NCBI GenBank assembly: GCA_038131935.1
Contig: JAYPQH010000032.1
Coordinates: 64,001-128,000, forward strand
Source of the DNA: Alphaproteobacteria bacterium
GTDB taxonomy: Bacteria; Pseudomonadota; Alphaproteobacteria; UBA8317
Direction of reading: 5' to 3'
Length of the DNA: 64,000 nt
Position numbers and translations under genes: made by a program. The notes under the pieces are model-generated. The model had not been told where the DNA came from, ran no database searches, and worked only from the letters and a program-made list of their open reading frames with translations. Shown here one piece after another: positions 1-10,379 of the stretch (positions are counted from its first letter, which is position 1; each line of letters starts with the position of its first letter).

Positions 1-834
1 AATATCCTCAAAGGCCTTGGGGATGAGTGGCAACTTAAGCGAGATATATCTGCAAACAAGGTTAGACAACTTGAGGCTGAATACAATCGGTTAAAACAGC
101 TTGTGACAAAAGGTGCTGGCGCAAAATCACACCTGGAAAGCGTTGAATTTGAATTAAAAACGGCACGCATTGAAGCACAGAAAACGGAACTCAGGCATGA
201 TATTGATGTCATGGAGCACAAAGTAACGCTGGCACAAAGAGAAATCATTTCTAGAGAAGCTCAGAAAGCAACATTAGAGGCCAGCTTAGGAGGTGTGAGG
301 TACGAAACAATTAATCAACATCCTGACATTCAGAAAGTGTTTGCAGAAATAGATCAATTACAGCAAGACATCACCAATAGTAAAATCAGGGCACCAGACA
401 ATGGCATTGTAGCTCGAATGCATTTGGAACCAGGTGAATATCTGGAGCAAGGGGATGTCGTCATGGCTATCGTTCAAACACAAGATGCTTGGATCGAAGC
501 AAACCTCAAAGAGACAGATCTCACACAAATTCGCCCAGGCCAACCCGTTGAAATGATCGCGGACACATTTCCAAATCAGGTATTTAGTGGCGTTGTTGAG
601 AGTATTTCAGCATCAACAGGTTCTGAATTTGCAGTCATTCCACCTCAAAATGCATCAGGCAATTGGGTTAAGGTTGTTCAACGACTTCCCGTCAAAATTT
701 CTATAACAGATGCTAAAGGAAAATCTTTGCTACGTGCAGGGATGTCAATTTCAGTAAGAATAGACACAGGGAAATACAGAGACGCACCTTCTTGGATCTC
801 TCCCTTTTTGTTGCCAAAGTCTATTTTTGGGTAA
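1..834 (+). CDS. HlyD/EmrA-family membrane fusion protein (5' truncated by window edge)
   Basis: Frame open from base 1; 'IRAPDNGIV', 'WIEANLKETDL' and 'PPQNASGNWVKVVQRLPV' are EmrA-type motifs; lies just upstream of an EmrB-like gene. Confidence 0.92.
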   Translation, partial: NILKGLGDEWQLKRDISANKVRQLEAEYNRLKQLVTKGAGAKSHLESVEFELKTARIEAQKTELRHDIDVMEHKVTLAQREIISREAQKATLEASLGGVRYETINQHPDIQKVFAEIDQLQQDITNSKIRAPDNGIVARMHLEPGEYLEQGDVVMAIVQTQDAWIEANLKETDLTQIRPGQPVEMIADTFPNQVFSGVVESISASTGSEFAVIPPQNASGNWVKVVQRLPVKISITDAKGKSLLRAGMSISVRIDTGKYRDAPSWISPFLLPKSIFG

Positions 835-843
835 TTAGCAACT

Positions 844-2340
844 GTGAATACGCCAACATTTACAAAATTTCAAAGTTGGATGCTGCTGCTTACTTGCACA
901 TTTGTGACCACGCTTTATGCAATGGCAGTTACCATTGCATCCATTGCGCTTCCAGATATGCGTGGCGCCATGGCTGCTACGCAAGATCAAATTACCTGGA
1001 CCATCACCGGTAATATTGTAGCAACCGCCGTGGCTACACCTTTAGCAGGATGGTTGGCAGGACATATACAACCAAGGGTAATTTTATTATTTTCCGTTAC
1101 TGGATTTATAGGGACATCCATTCTTTGTGGACTTTCACAAAGTCTTGAACAAATCGTTATTTTTCGCGTTCTTCAAGGTATATTTGGAGCCCCACTTGTT
1201 CCCCTACCTCAAGCCTTGGTTTTGACGTTCTTTCCTCCCGAGAAAAGATCTATGGCTATGTCTGTGTATGGCATGGGGGTCATTTTAGGTCCAATTATAG
1301 CCCCTACCCTCGGCGGTTATTTGGGCGAGGAGTTTGGTTGGCGCTGGATCTTTTTCACATTGGTACCCTTTGGATTGTCCGCACTTATTTTGGTTTATTT
1401 GGTGGTGCCAAAATCACTTCCACGCGTGGCAAGAGGATTTGATGTCATAGGTTTTCTGGCTCTGGCAACAGCGGTTGCAAGTTTTCAATTATTATTTGAC
1501 AGAGGTGAACGGAATAGTTGGTTTGATAGCATCGAAACATGGATCGAGATTAGCTTAGGCTTCATGGGGTTATATATATTTGTCGTCCATTCTCTCACCA
1601 CCTCTAAGCCTTTTGTAGACTTACGAATTTTTGCCGATAGAAATTATGCATTGGGCCTTTTTTTGGTTTTTGTATTTGGGATGCTAAATTTTGCGCCCAT
1701 GGTTTTGTTTCCGCCGCTCATGCAAGAGCTACGTGGCTATCCCTCCTCTGTGATTGGTATTCTTATGGGCGCGCGTGGTGTTGGCACCTTCCTTGGATTT
1801 ATGATCATGGCTTTTGCAGGCAGAGTGGACCCCCGCATCCCACTCTTCATAGGTTTTGTTTTGCAAGGTATCGCAGGATGGGAAATGTCCCAATTTTCTA
1901 TCAACATGACAACTTTTGATGTTTTCTGGACAAGTGCCCTTCAAGGGTTAGGCGTTGGACTATGTTGGGTACCTATTGCTGTGGTCACATTTTCCACATT
2001 GAACAATCAATTTTTATCCGAAGGAACAGCCTTGTTTCATTTGGTCAGAAATTTTGCATCTAGTCTTTACATCTCTGTCTCCGTTGCCGTTGTCCTACGC
2101 ATGGGGGCTGTTAACTATACTGACATCGTCAACCGTATAGATATCACTGGACCTGGCTTTATGCATCAACAAGGATTGTACCAATGGGGCTCTAATACCG
2201 TGGCTGGAACCATGGGGCTAAGTCGAGAAATCTACAGACAATCTATGATGATTGGGTACATAGATTCATTCTTTTTGTTCTCCATGATAAGCTTCGCAGC
2301 ACTTTTAGGTTTGTTCTTTATTAAGCCTAAAAAGTCTTAA
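844..2340 (+). CDS. DHA2 (EmrB/QacA) family MFS efflux permease
   Basis: About 14 hydrophobic segments; 'FRVLQGIFGA' and 'GPIIAPTLGGYL...WRWIFF' motifs. Confidence 0.92.
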   Translation: MNTPTFTKFQSWMLLLTCTFVTTLYAMAVTIASIALPDMRGAMAATQDQITWTITGNIVATAVATPLAGWLAGHIQPRVILLFSVTGFIGTSILCGLSQSLEQIVIFRVLQGIFGAPLVPLPQALVLTFFPPEKRSMAMSVYGMGVILGPIIAPTLGGYLGEEFGWRWIFFTLVPFGLSALILVYLVVPKSLPRVARGFDVIGFLALATAVASFQLLFDRGERNSWFDSIETWIEISLGFMGLYIFVVHSLTTSKPFVDLRIFADRNYALGLFLVFVFGMLNFAPMVLFPPLMQELRGYPSSVIGILMGARGVGTFLGFMIMAFAGRVDPRIPLFIGFVLQGIAGWEMSQFSINMTTFDVFWTSALQGLGVGLCWVPIAVVTFSTLNNQFLSEGTALFHLVRNFASSLYISVSVAVVLRMGAVNYTDIVNRIDITGPGFMHQQGLYQWGSNTVAGTMGLSREIYRQSMMIGYIDSFFLFSMISFAALLGLFFIKPKKS

Positions 2341-3277
2341 CGTTCCTCGTTATTCTTTTCGCGTTTTTCAAGCATAATTAAATACAACGCACCTAAAACC
2401 GCACAAAGAGCAAAATAATCAAATAATGTGGGCTGCGTACCAAATATCAATGCATCAGCAAAAACACCCATTAAAGGAACAGCGATAATACCCATGGTGG
2501 AAACGACAACTGGTAAGGTTGTCACAATATAAAAATATGCAAGATAGCAGAGAATGGCTGTAAAGGTCATATTGAACAAGACAGCTAAAGCTGGATACAA
2601 AGTTACTGTTCCAAGGTTCTGAACATCCCAAAAATTGCTATGGGTAATATTGGTATAACACCTATGAGGTGCTGCCAGCCAAGCATCACGACAACAGGCA
2701 TCGTAAATTGACTATATTTGGTTAGCGTTGTCCCCAATCCCCAAGAGATGGCGGCCCCTAAAATCAAAAGAGGGCCAAGAAAACTATTTCCTAAAGTAAT
2801 ACCTTCGGCAAAAAACAAAAATGCCATGCCACTCATACCAAGCGCCAATCCTGCCATTGCTCTCTTGGTTATCCCTTCTCCCATAAGATAAATACCCGCA
2901 AGGCTTGCCCAGAGTGGCATTGTGTAGGCAAGAATTGCAGCGCGGCCAGAATTCATCGCATCTACGCCATACATCACCAACATATTCCAAATTGTCATAT
3001 TCAACAAAGCACAGAAAATCAGCAAACGACGCTGGCCTTTGGGAACACTTAGGGAATATCCACGAAACCAAGCAATCAGAAACAATCCTACAACACCCGA
3101 TGTAGAAGCGCAGGATCGGAAAACCCAAGGCGGTATCTCACTGAGCCCAACTTTCATGATAGGCCAGTTAAATCCCCAAATAATGGTGATAAAACCCATA
3201 AGCAAGAGAGCAGAAATGGGGACCTTTTGTTGGGCTCGAGTTCCTGCTCCTTGCTGGGCGTCAGGAGGCGGTCGCAT
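2337..3277 (-). CDS. DMT/EamA-family transporter, split by a 1-nt indel (probable assembly error)
   Basis: 'IIWGFNWPIMK' and 'AAILAYTMPLW'; adding one base to the A5 run at 2630-2634 joins ORFs 2603..3325 and 2337..2600 (AIFWDVQNLGTVTLYPA); ATG at 3277 overlaps the amidase end. Confidence 0.8.
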
Positions 3278-4652
3278 GCATGACCGGCAATGCAGGCTCA
3301 CCAAGATAGTTGGCAACCGCACCACCTATAGAAAGAAGCCTTGCATCCTCACCAGCAGGACACATGATTTGCAAACCAACGGGCAGGTTTGCGTTCACCA
3401 AGTGCTGAATAGGTGTGGTAACTGCACAAATACCATAGATATTTGCCGGCTGCGTATTCTGTGAAGGAATGAGCGCACGCTGTAGTTGGGATGCTTGATT
3501 GACTTCTTCAATTGGCATCGGAAGACATACGCAAGTTGGCGATATCCAAGCGTCAATGCCAACGAACCGTTCAAAGGCCAACCTCTTTAACTCGCGATGG
3601 CGCTGCAGTGACTCGGCATGGGTCACGGCATCGACGTCCAACCCAAACGCAGCACGCGATGCACTCACTGGATCCATAACAGATTGGTTTTCAACAAAGC
3701 GAGAGCGGCCCAACCCTGTGATGAATTCGGGTGCAACAATCTCACGAAATAGCTTCGCTCTCTCTGATAGTTCTGGGGCCTGCATTTCAACAAATTCAAC
3801 ACCCGCTTGCGTGAGCAAGTCTAACGCCTTGTCATAACTTGCCTGGACATCAGGTTCTATATTTTCAAAAAATGTTGAGGTGGGAAGACCAAACTTGAGG
3901 CCTGACAATTTTGGTGGTTGTGGAATAGAATAACCTTCAAGCACTTCAAAAACCAAAGCCGCATCAGCTGCATTCCGACATAGAGGCCCTATGGTATCCA
4001 AGGTGGGTGATAGCGGAAAGACACCAGACGTTGGCCACATACCAACTGTAGTCTTATGTCCAAACAGTCCACAAAAAGCCGCGGGAATGCGCACTGATCC
4101 ACCCGTATCAGAGCCAATAGCAAAGCCAACCAATCCAGCAGCAGTAGCAGCTGCTGACCCACTTGACGAACCACCAGGTACCCTAAAGACATCTAGATCA
4201 TGGGGATTTCTTGGTGTTCCACGGACAGAGTTCACACCAGTTGCACCAAATGCATATTCTACAGTTTTTGTTTTGCCCAAAATTACCGCACCGGCTGCCT
4301 TTAACTTTTGAATAAAGGGTCCTTCTTGTCCCGTTGCATCTGCGCTATCTATTTTGGATCCATTTGTTGTAGGCATACCTTCAACTGCAAAGATATCCTT
4401 CACCCCTACTGGAACCCCCATAAGAGGACCAAGATAAACACCAGCATCGCGCAGCTGGTCCATACTTTGCGCAACCTTTCGTGCGCGATCAGCATCAACA
4501 AATTGAAAACTTCCGATCTGATTATCCAATTGTTCTATACGTGCTAGGAAAGCCTCCGTTACTTCTAAAGAAGTCACCTCTCCGGACTTAAATTTCTTCG
4601 CAAATGTAGAAATACCACCATCGGCAAAAGGATCATTAGGAAGCGTCGTCAT
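3261..4652 (-). CDS. Amidase-signature family amidase (GatA-like, substrate unknown)
   Basis: 'GVPVGVKD', 'PGGSSSGSAAA' and 'GSDTGGSVRIPA' (Ser-cisSer-Lys triad); no gatB/gatC nearby. Confidence 0.9.
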   Translation of the reverse strand: MTTLPNDPFADGGISTFAKKFKSGEVTSLEVTEAFLARIEQLDNQIGSFQFVDADRARKVAQSMDQLRDAGVYLGPLMGVPVGVKDIFAVEGMPTTNGSKIDSADATGQEGPFIQKLKAAGAVILGKTKTVEYAFGATGVNSVRGTPRNPHDLDVFRVPGGSSSGSAAATAAGLVGFAIGSDTGGSVRIPAAFCGLFGHKTTVGMWPTSGVFPLSPTLDTIGPLCRNAADAALVFEVLEGYSIPQPPKLSGLKFGLPTSTFFENIEPDVQASYDKALDLLTQAGVEFVEMQAPELSERAKLFREIVAPEFITGLGRSRFVENQSVMDPVSASRAAFGLDVDAVTHAESLQRHRELKRLAFERFVGIDAWISPTCVCLPMPIEEVNQASQLQRALIPSQNTQPANIYGICAVTTPIQHLVNANLPVGLQIMCPAGEDARLLSIGGAVANYLGEPALPVMHATAS

Positions 4653-4779
4653 AAGCTGTCTCCATGTTTTGAATAAACAAGATTATCGATAAAGAACTTG
4701 GCAGAAAAAGAAACATTCTGCAAAGGTATTAGGAGATACCTACAATAAAAATATTTGTACCAATAAAGGAGAAGGAACC

Positions 4780-5446
4780 ATGCCCTTATTAGGAAAAGGA
4801 ATGTTACTCACCATGACGGAGGTACCCGATGCATGGGAACAAGAATTTAATGAATGGTATAACAGAGAACATACTGACGAACGAACACAATTGCCAGGGT
4901 TTTTGAGGTCTCGTCGGTATACCGCCGTTGGTGATACAGTTTCTCCCAAATATATGGCTTGGTATGAAACGCAAGAAGTAGATGACCTAAAAGCTCCTGG
5001 CTATCTTGAATTACTCTCGGATCAAACCGAATGGTCTAAACGTATTATGGGGCAATTTTCTTTGTTCCAACGATACACCCTCGAGGTAAGCATTGACAAA
5101 ATATTTGGCTTTGCAGGTGCATTATCAATGTTACGCTTCACCCCACCCTCCTCGTCTGTGGCACGTGAAACATTACGCGCTCAAATAAATGTACTCTTAG
5201 ACAAAGCTATAGCAGGCCATGGAATGGTTGGTGGCTGCTTGTTAGAAAATGATGTTGACGTGGCGCATGCCCCACTTGTTTTCCAAGGAAAAGATATACC
5301 TGAAGGCGACCATACCCAATGGATGGTTGTTGTTGAGGGCAACATCTGAAGCTTGTCAAATAGCTTTGTCAGCGTTCCAAGAGCTTAATGAATATGTGGA
5401 CATGGAAGCTTTGCACTATCAATTCATGTTTGGAACAAGCCGTTAA
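4780..5446 (+). CDS. Hypothetical protein, DUF4286/EthD-like dimeric alpha-beta barrel; 1-nt frameshift near 5338
   Basis: 'EQEFNEWYNREHTDERTQLPGFLRSRRY...PKYMAWYE'; C-terminus continues in ORF 5249..5446 ending 'YQFMFGTSR'. Confidence 0.65.
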
Positions 5447-6213
5447 TGTTCACGACTCCATTGCTTTAACCAATCAAGACTTAATTCCGTGGGACCGTTG
5501 GGGCGATATTCAGCCCCAACAAAGGGCACAATATCTTCTTTTTCTATGAGTTCAAAAAGAAACGGAAAATTTAATTCTCCCTTCAATGGCTCACCCCTAC
5601 CAGGCACTGCAGCAAATTGTATATGACCGATATATGACTTCATTTTGATGAGTTTATCACTAAGATGTCCAGACATCCTCTGGATATGATACAAATCAAA
5701 CATCATTTTTGCTTCAGATCGGCTAAGCTCATCAAGAATGGCGCAGGCTTGCTCGGCAGTTTGCAGGAAGTAACCAGGTACGTCATACATATTTAAAGGC
5801 TCAATAAGAACCCCCATGCCTTCAATTTTGGCACGATCACAAGCTGTGTTTAAATTATCAATAAAGACCTGTTTTGCCTCCTCACCTTTGGCTATTCCTG
5901 CCATGACATGCACATTTTTGGCGCCTATTTTTGCACCATAATCAAAAGCATCTTCGATGGATTTCTGCGCGTCTTGTTCTCTTCCCAGAAGCGCACAAAG
6001 GCCATTTTCACCTTGTTGACGATCTCCCACCAGCGTATTCAGGCCCAACATGGGTAATTGTGTATCTTGCAAAGCTTTGAGAACATCTTGGCTTTTTTCT
6101 TCATAAGGCCAATGACATTCCACCGCTGAAAAACCTGCCTCATAAGCGGCATAAATTGCTTTTGGCAGAGGGAGATCTTGCCACAGAAAACCAAGGTTTG
6201 CAGAAAATTTCAT
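5443..6213 (-). CDS. otnI: Hydroxypyruvate isomerase family, likely 2-oxo-tetronate isomerase
   Basis: 'KFSANLGFLW', 'LIEPLN', 'FDLYHIQR', 'GHIQFA.VPGRGEP', 'GAEYRP'; third gene after otnK-otnC. Confidence 0.8.
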   Translation of the reverse strand: MKFSANLGFLWQDLPLPKAIYAAYEAGFSAVECHWPYEEKSQDVLKALQDTQLPMLGLNTLVGDRQQGENGLCALLGREQDAQKSIEDAFDYGAKIGAKNVHVMAGIAKGEEAKQVFIDNLNTACDRAKIEGMGVLIEPLNMYDVPGYFLQTAEQACAILDELSRSEAKMMFDLYHIQRMSGHLSDKLIKMKSYIGHIQFAAVPGRGEPLKGELNFPFLFELIEKEDIVPFVGAEYRPNGPTELSLDWLKQWSREH

Positions 6214-6216
6214 TAA

Positions 6217-6864
6217 CTACCACTCCACATTAAATTGTCTTACGACCAGCTGGACCTGTTCTTGGGAAAGTTGCGATATTTGTTTTCCATGAAGCAACAA
6301 AGCAAGATGCGCGGTCTCTTCCAACTCTTCCATCGCAAAGCAGGCGGCTTCCAAATCCTTGCCTGCAACCACAGGTCCATGATGGGCAAGCATCACAGCT
6401 GAGCGTTTTCCTGCTAAGCCTCTAATCGCCTGACCAATTTGATCGCTTCCGGGAAGCATAAAAGGAAGCAAGGTTACTTTTCCAAGTTTCATAATCGCAT
6501 AAGGCGTTAATGGCGGAAGAAAACTCTCCTCATCTTCCACAGTCAGTAAAGATAACGCGACAGAATGTGTACTGTGCAAATGTACGACCGCACCCGTTTG
6601 AGTCCTTGTCTCATAAAAAGCTTGGTGTAGTGGCATTTCCTTGGTTGGTTTGTCACCAGAAATATGCTCTAAATTCTCGTTGAAAAGACTTAATTGCGCC
6701 GGATCAAGTCGACCAAATGATGATCCTGTTGGTGTGACCAACAACCCACCATCTTCGGTGCGCACTGAAATATTACCACTATTTCCTGACGTAAGGCCTC
6801 GATCAAACATCGACTTTGCAAAAAAACAAATATCTTCACGTAATTTTGTGTAGGCTTTTGTCAT
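6217..6864 (-). CDS. otnC: 3-oxo-tetronate 4-phosphate decarboxylase (class II aldolase fold)
   Basis: 'SMFDRGLT.G.SGNISVR', 'GDKPTKEMPLH', 'VVHLHSTH', 'AHHGPVVAG', 'EELEETA'; start overlaps otnK stop. Confidence 0.9.
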   Translation of the reverse strand: MTKAYTKLREDICFFAKSMFDRGLTSGNSGNISVRTEDGGLLVTPTGSSFGRLDPAQLSLFNENLEHISGDKPTKEMPLHQAFYETRTQTGAVVHLHSTHSVALSLLTVEDEESFLPPLTPYAIMKLGKVTLLPFMLPGSDQIGQAIRGLAGKRSAVMLAHHGPVVAGKDLEAACFAMEELEETAHLALLLHGKQISQLSQEQVQLVVRQFNVEW

Positions 6865-8102
6865 GACGTCAACAACTGCGAAGATTTCTCAAAGAAATTT
6901 GGCGCACCAAAATTTCCTGATTTTAGTGCCATAAACAGTCCCGTGTTTGTTTTTAATGCAGGCACCCCAGGATCAATCTCGGGGCCAATGGAAAATGATT
7001 TTATACCCAGAGCTGTCACAACAGCGCCAGAAGTTTCACCACCTGCAACGATAACTTTTGTAATCCCTGCGTCACAGAGCAATTTGGCACATTCACCAAA
7101 AAAATTCTCCAAGGTTTCCGATAATGGTGCTACACCATGGATATCTTGGCTTTGACGCACGTCTCCCGCTTCCGCAGAAGAATAGATTAGAGGCATGTCA
7201 TCATCCTGCTCTAACACCCATTGAACCACGTCTGAGGGAGATAATGTATTGTCCATGACCAGCTTGGGATCAAGTTCAAAAAAAGCATGTGACTTTTTGT
7301 GAAATTCAACTTGTTGTAAGGTTGCAATGGAGCAAGAGCCAGACAACATCACGCTTTTACCTTCAATTCCTTGCCACGGAGCCGGAGTTTCATCAATTGC
7401 TCCTTGTTTCCGAAAGTTATCGGGAAGTCCTAAACCAATACCAGAGCCCCCTGTAATGAAGACTTCTTGCGCACAAGCTTGTCCTAAGACATGAAGATCA
7501 CGATCAGAAACAGCATCAACAACAAAAAATGTTTTTTGTTTGACTTGTTCCAATTGGCGACGAACATATTCAACACCTTTAGAAACTGTACTGAAAGGAA
7601 TATGCTCCACCATGGTGGCTGTTTGGTGCCTCAACCAACGGCGAATATCTGCATCTGTCATTGGGTTTATGGGGTGATTCTGCATGCCCGATTCATGTAA
7701 CAATCGATCATTTACAAACAAATGCCCTTGGAAAACAGTACGACCAGTACCAGGAAATGCGGGGCAAAAAATGACGGATCTAGCCCCCAAATAATCGGCT
7801 ATAGCATCTGACACTGGTCCTATATTCCCCAGTTCTGTTGAGTCAAAGGTAGAACAATATTTAAAGAAAAATTGCGTGCATCCCTGATCTTTGAGCCATT
7901 TCAAAGCCTCCAGTGATTGCGCGATGGCCTCGCTTGCAGGAAGTGCACGAGACTTGAGTGCAACGATACCGGCATCAACTTCCTTATCTGCTGGCCCTGT
8001 GGGTACACCACAATATTGTGTTACACGCATCCCACCTTTTGCCAACGTGTTGGCAAGATCACTAGATCCCGTAAAATCATCCCCAATGCACCCAAGAAGC
8101 AT
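6861..8102 (-). CDS. otnK: 3-oxo-tetronate kinase (DUF1537/four-carbon acid sugar kinase)
   Basis: 'LGCIGDDFTGSSDLA', 'FFFKYCSTFDST', 'AGGETSGAV', 'LKSGNFG'. Confidence 0.92.
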   Translation of the reverse strand: MLLGCIGDDFTGSSDLANTLAKGGMRVTQYCGVPTGPADKEVDAGIVALKSRALPASEAIAQSLEALKWLKDQGCTQFFFKYCSTFDSTELGNIGPVSDAIADYLGARSVIFCPAFPGTGRTVFQGHLFVNDRLLHESGMQNHPINPMTDADIRRWLRHQTATMVEHIPFSTVSKGVEYVRRQLEQVKQKTFFVVDAVSDRDLHVLGQACAQEVFITGGSGIGLGLPDNFRKQGAIDETPAPWQGIEGKSVMLSGSCSIATLQQVEFHKKSHAFFELDPKLVMDNTLSPSDVVQWVLEQDDDMPLIYSSAEAGDVRQSQDIHGVAPLSETLENFFGECAKLLCDAGITKVIVAGGETSGAVVTALGIKSFSIGPEIDPGVPALKTNTGLFMALKSGNFGAPNFFEKSSQLLTS

Positions 8103-8363
8103 GGTCCCCCCAAAACGCGAAAATCAAATATCCGACACAATCTGCATGATGATACATGATAAAACAATCAATAATCATTACCCATGGCATGAATAACTTC
8201 TGTGTGACACCAACAGCCTGAGCAAATGTCCATCGTTTATATGATCAGTTATATGTTTCAATATTTGCAAAAATGAAAACCTATTGTCGCTAAGACCATG
8301 ACCGTATGAAGCTTGCAAATTTTATATCTTAGTGCACAGTGTTAAGGTGTGACAGTTTAGGAT

Positions 8364-9536
8364 TTGAAGATGAGCCAGATTTCTTTCCCGCCTCATGAGA
8401 GTGACCAAGTAACTTTAAAAAATTGGCGTACATCACCCCACAACCATTGGGCTTTCCATCATGTTAGAGAGATTGTACCCACCGCGCCAATTTATAACGC
8501 GCCAACCCTATCAACACCATTAGATGCGCTAAATTCCACCATTGACCTAAGTTCTTTGGAACGCCTCAAAGCACCATTAGATGCAGATGCTGTCGTGGTT
8601 ACAAAATCAGGTAAAATTGTTCATGAATGGTATGCACGAGGTATGAGCCCTCGAACACCTCATATATTGATGTCTGTATCAAAATCCCTCACTGGGCTTT
8701 TGGCAGGAGCGCTCATTGCCCATAATATTTTGAATGAAGATGATAAAGTAACGAAGTTTATACCAGAAGTTGATGACACAGCATTTCACGGTGCAAGCAT
8801 TCGCGACCTTCTCGATATGCGCGTCGGCATAGAATTCGATGAAGACTATTTGGCTACATCAGGACCCATCATAGATTATCGATATGCCGCAAATTGGAAT
8901 CCAATTCCTCAAGGCATAAATCCTTATGATTTAAGATCATTCATGACAACATTGCGATCAGGAAGCAGAAAACATGGTGGTTCGTTCCAATATGTTTCAC
9001 CATGCACAGATCTACTTGCTTGGGTTTGTGAGCGCGCATCACAAACACGCTTCCCAGACCTCTTTTCTGAATATATCTTCAAGCCTATGGGAGCTGAATT
9101 TGATGGTTACGTCACAGTTGACCGCATTGGAGGTTCAAGAGCAGCAGGCGGAATTTGCATCACGGCAAGAGATCTCGCGCGTATAGGTATATTGTTGTTA
9201 CGCAAAGGCCACATGAACGGGCATCAAATTCTTCCAGAACATTGGCTTCATGACATTATGCATGGTGGTGATCAAGACGCTTGGGTAACGGGCAGTTTTT
9301 ATGACTATTTTGAAGAAAAAAACATGCATTATCGGTCATTCTGGTATGTCCATCGCGGTGATTATCCCCTCATTCATGGCTTTGGCATTCATGGACAATA
9401 TTTATTTGTCGATCCCCTTAGAGAGATTTCTATTGCATGGTTTTCCAGTCAACCAGATCCCTTGGATGCAAGCAAAACCAATAGACTTATCAATGCTGTT
9501 AATGAATTCAGAGAGGGATGTGCTTCAAGTTTATGA
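8364..9536 (+). CDS. Beta-lactamase-fold serine hydrolase, NylB-like
   Basis: 'NWRTSPHNHWAF', SxxK in 'MSVSKS', 'FQYVSPCTD', 'TARDLAR', 'GIHGQ'. Confidence 0.85.
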   Translation: MKMSQISFPPHESDQVTLKNWRTSPHNHWAFHHVREIVPTAPIYNAPTLSTPLDALNSTIDLSSLERLKAPLDADAVVVTKSGKIVHEWYARGMSPRTPHILMSVSKSLTGLLAGALIAHNILNEDDKVTKFIPEVDDTAFHGASIRDLLDMRVGIEFDEDYLATSGPIIDYRYAANWNPIPQGINPYDLRSFMTTLRSGSRKHGGSFQYVSPCTDLLAWVCERASQTRFPDLFSEYIFKPMGAEFDGYVTVDRIGGSRAAGGICITARDLARIGILLLRKGHMNGHQILPEHWLHDIMHGGDQDAWVTGSFYDYFEEKNMHYRSFWYVHRGDYPLIHGFGIHGQYLFVDPLREISIAWFSSQPDPLDASKTNRLINAVNEFREGCASSL

Positions 9537-10379
9537 ACATTCTTTGGCCAACATCATTCGTAATTCCTGGGAATCTTCCATCATCACACCAGTGAATAAT
9601 GCAAAGCAATCCAGTGCTTGAGCAATGAATAATTCGTAACCAGATAAAAATTCAGCATTGGATTGCAACAATCTAGCACGAAACTCTGTTTCCACGGGCG
9701 TGTAAACAGCATCAAAACCCCAAGAGACCCCAGGTATGTAACCATCGGGAAGAGGGGTTGTTCCACAAACGCCATCCATTCCTAGGGGTGTAGCATTTAC
9801 CAACCCATCATAATCAAAGTCCCAAGGATCATCCTCACAACAATAGGCTGTTTGGGGGTACAAAATGTTTATATCTTTTGCGAGTGAAGAGGAATTTTTC
9901 TGGTTTTTGTCATAGATATAAAGCTGACCATGATTTTGTTGGTGAATTAATGATGCCAAGGCCATACCAATCGCCCTGCCCACACCTCCTCCACCTAAGA
10001 GAAGAACACGACCAGGCGTTTGGGTCCATTTGGTGGTAAAAGCACGCAAAAAACCTGTGTGATCTGTATTGTAACCCAACAACTCACCGTCAGCGTCATG
10101 AACCACTGTGTTTACAGCCCCTATTGATTGAACTTCAGCTGTTGCAGGTGTGACGATATCTAAAACCTTGGTTTTGTATGGCTGGGTGATGTTAACGCCG
10201 ACAAATTTTCCCCGTACACGCTGTTGTATGATCTCTAGCCATGATAGGCTTAATTGCTTTGGTATCAGCAAATCATAAGATACATCTAAACCAGCCAATC
10301 GCCCCAGCAGCTTGTGCAAGGCTGGGGAATGTGAAGAGGCAATATTGTCCCCAATCAAACCAAGCTGAATAGTCATCAT
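9531..10379 (-). CDS. Shikimate/quinate dehydrogenase family protein
   Basis: 'SHSPALH', 'NITQPYK', 'GAVNTV', 'GYNTDHTGF', 'VNATPLGM', 'DAVYTP'. Confidence 0.88.
   Translation of the reverse strand: MMTIQLGLIGDNIASSHSPALHKLLGRLAGLDVSYDLLIPKQLSLSWLEIIQQRVRGKFVGVNITQPYKTKVLDIVTPATAEVQSIGAVNTVVHDADGELLGYNTDHTGFLRAFTTKWTQTPGRVLLLGGGGVGRAIGMALASLIHQQNHGQLYIYDKNQKNSSSLAKDINILYPQTAYCCEDDPWDFDYDGLVNATPLGMDGVCGTTPLPDGYIPGVSWGFDAVYTPVETEFRARLLQSNAEFLSGYELFIAQALDCFALFTGVMMEDSQELRMMLAKECS

Noticed and set aside
3261-4652. gatA
   Set aside because: No gatB/gatC neighbours and the context is catabolic
3261-9536. Nylon-oligomer degradation pair (NylA-like amidase plus NylB-like hydrolase)
   Set aside because: The genes are not adjacent, both families are widespread, and the NylB specificity residues appear absent
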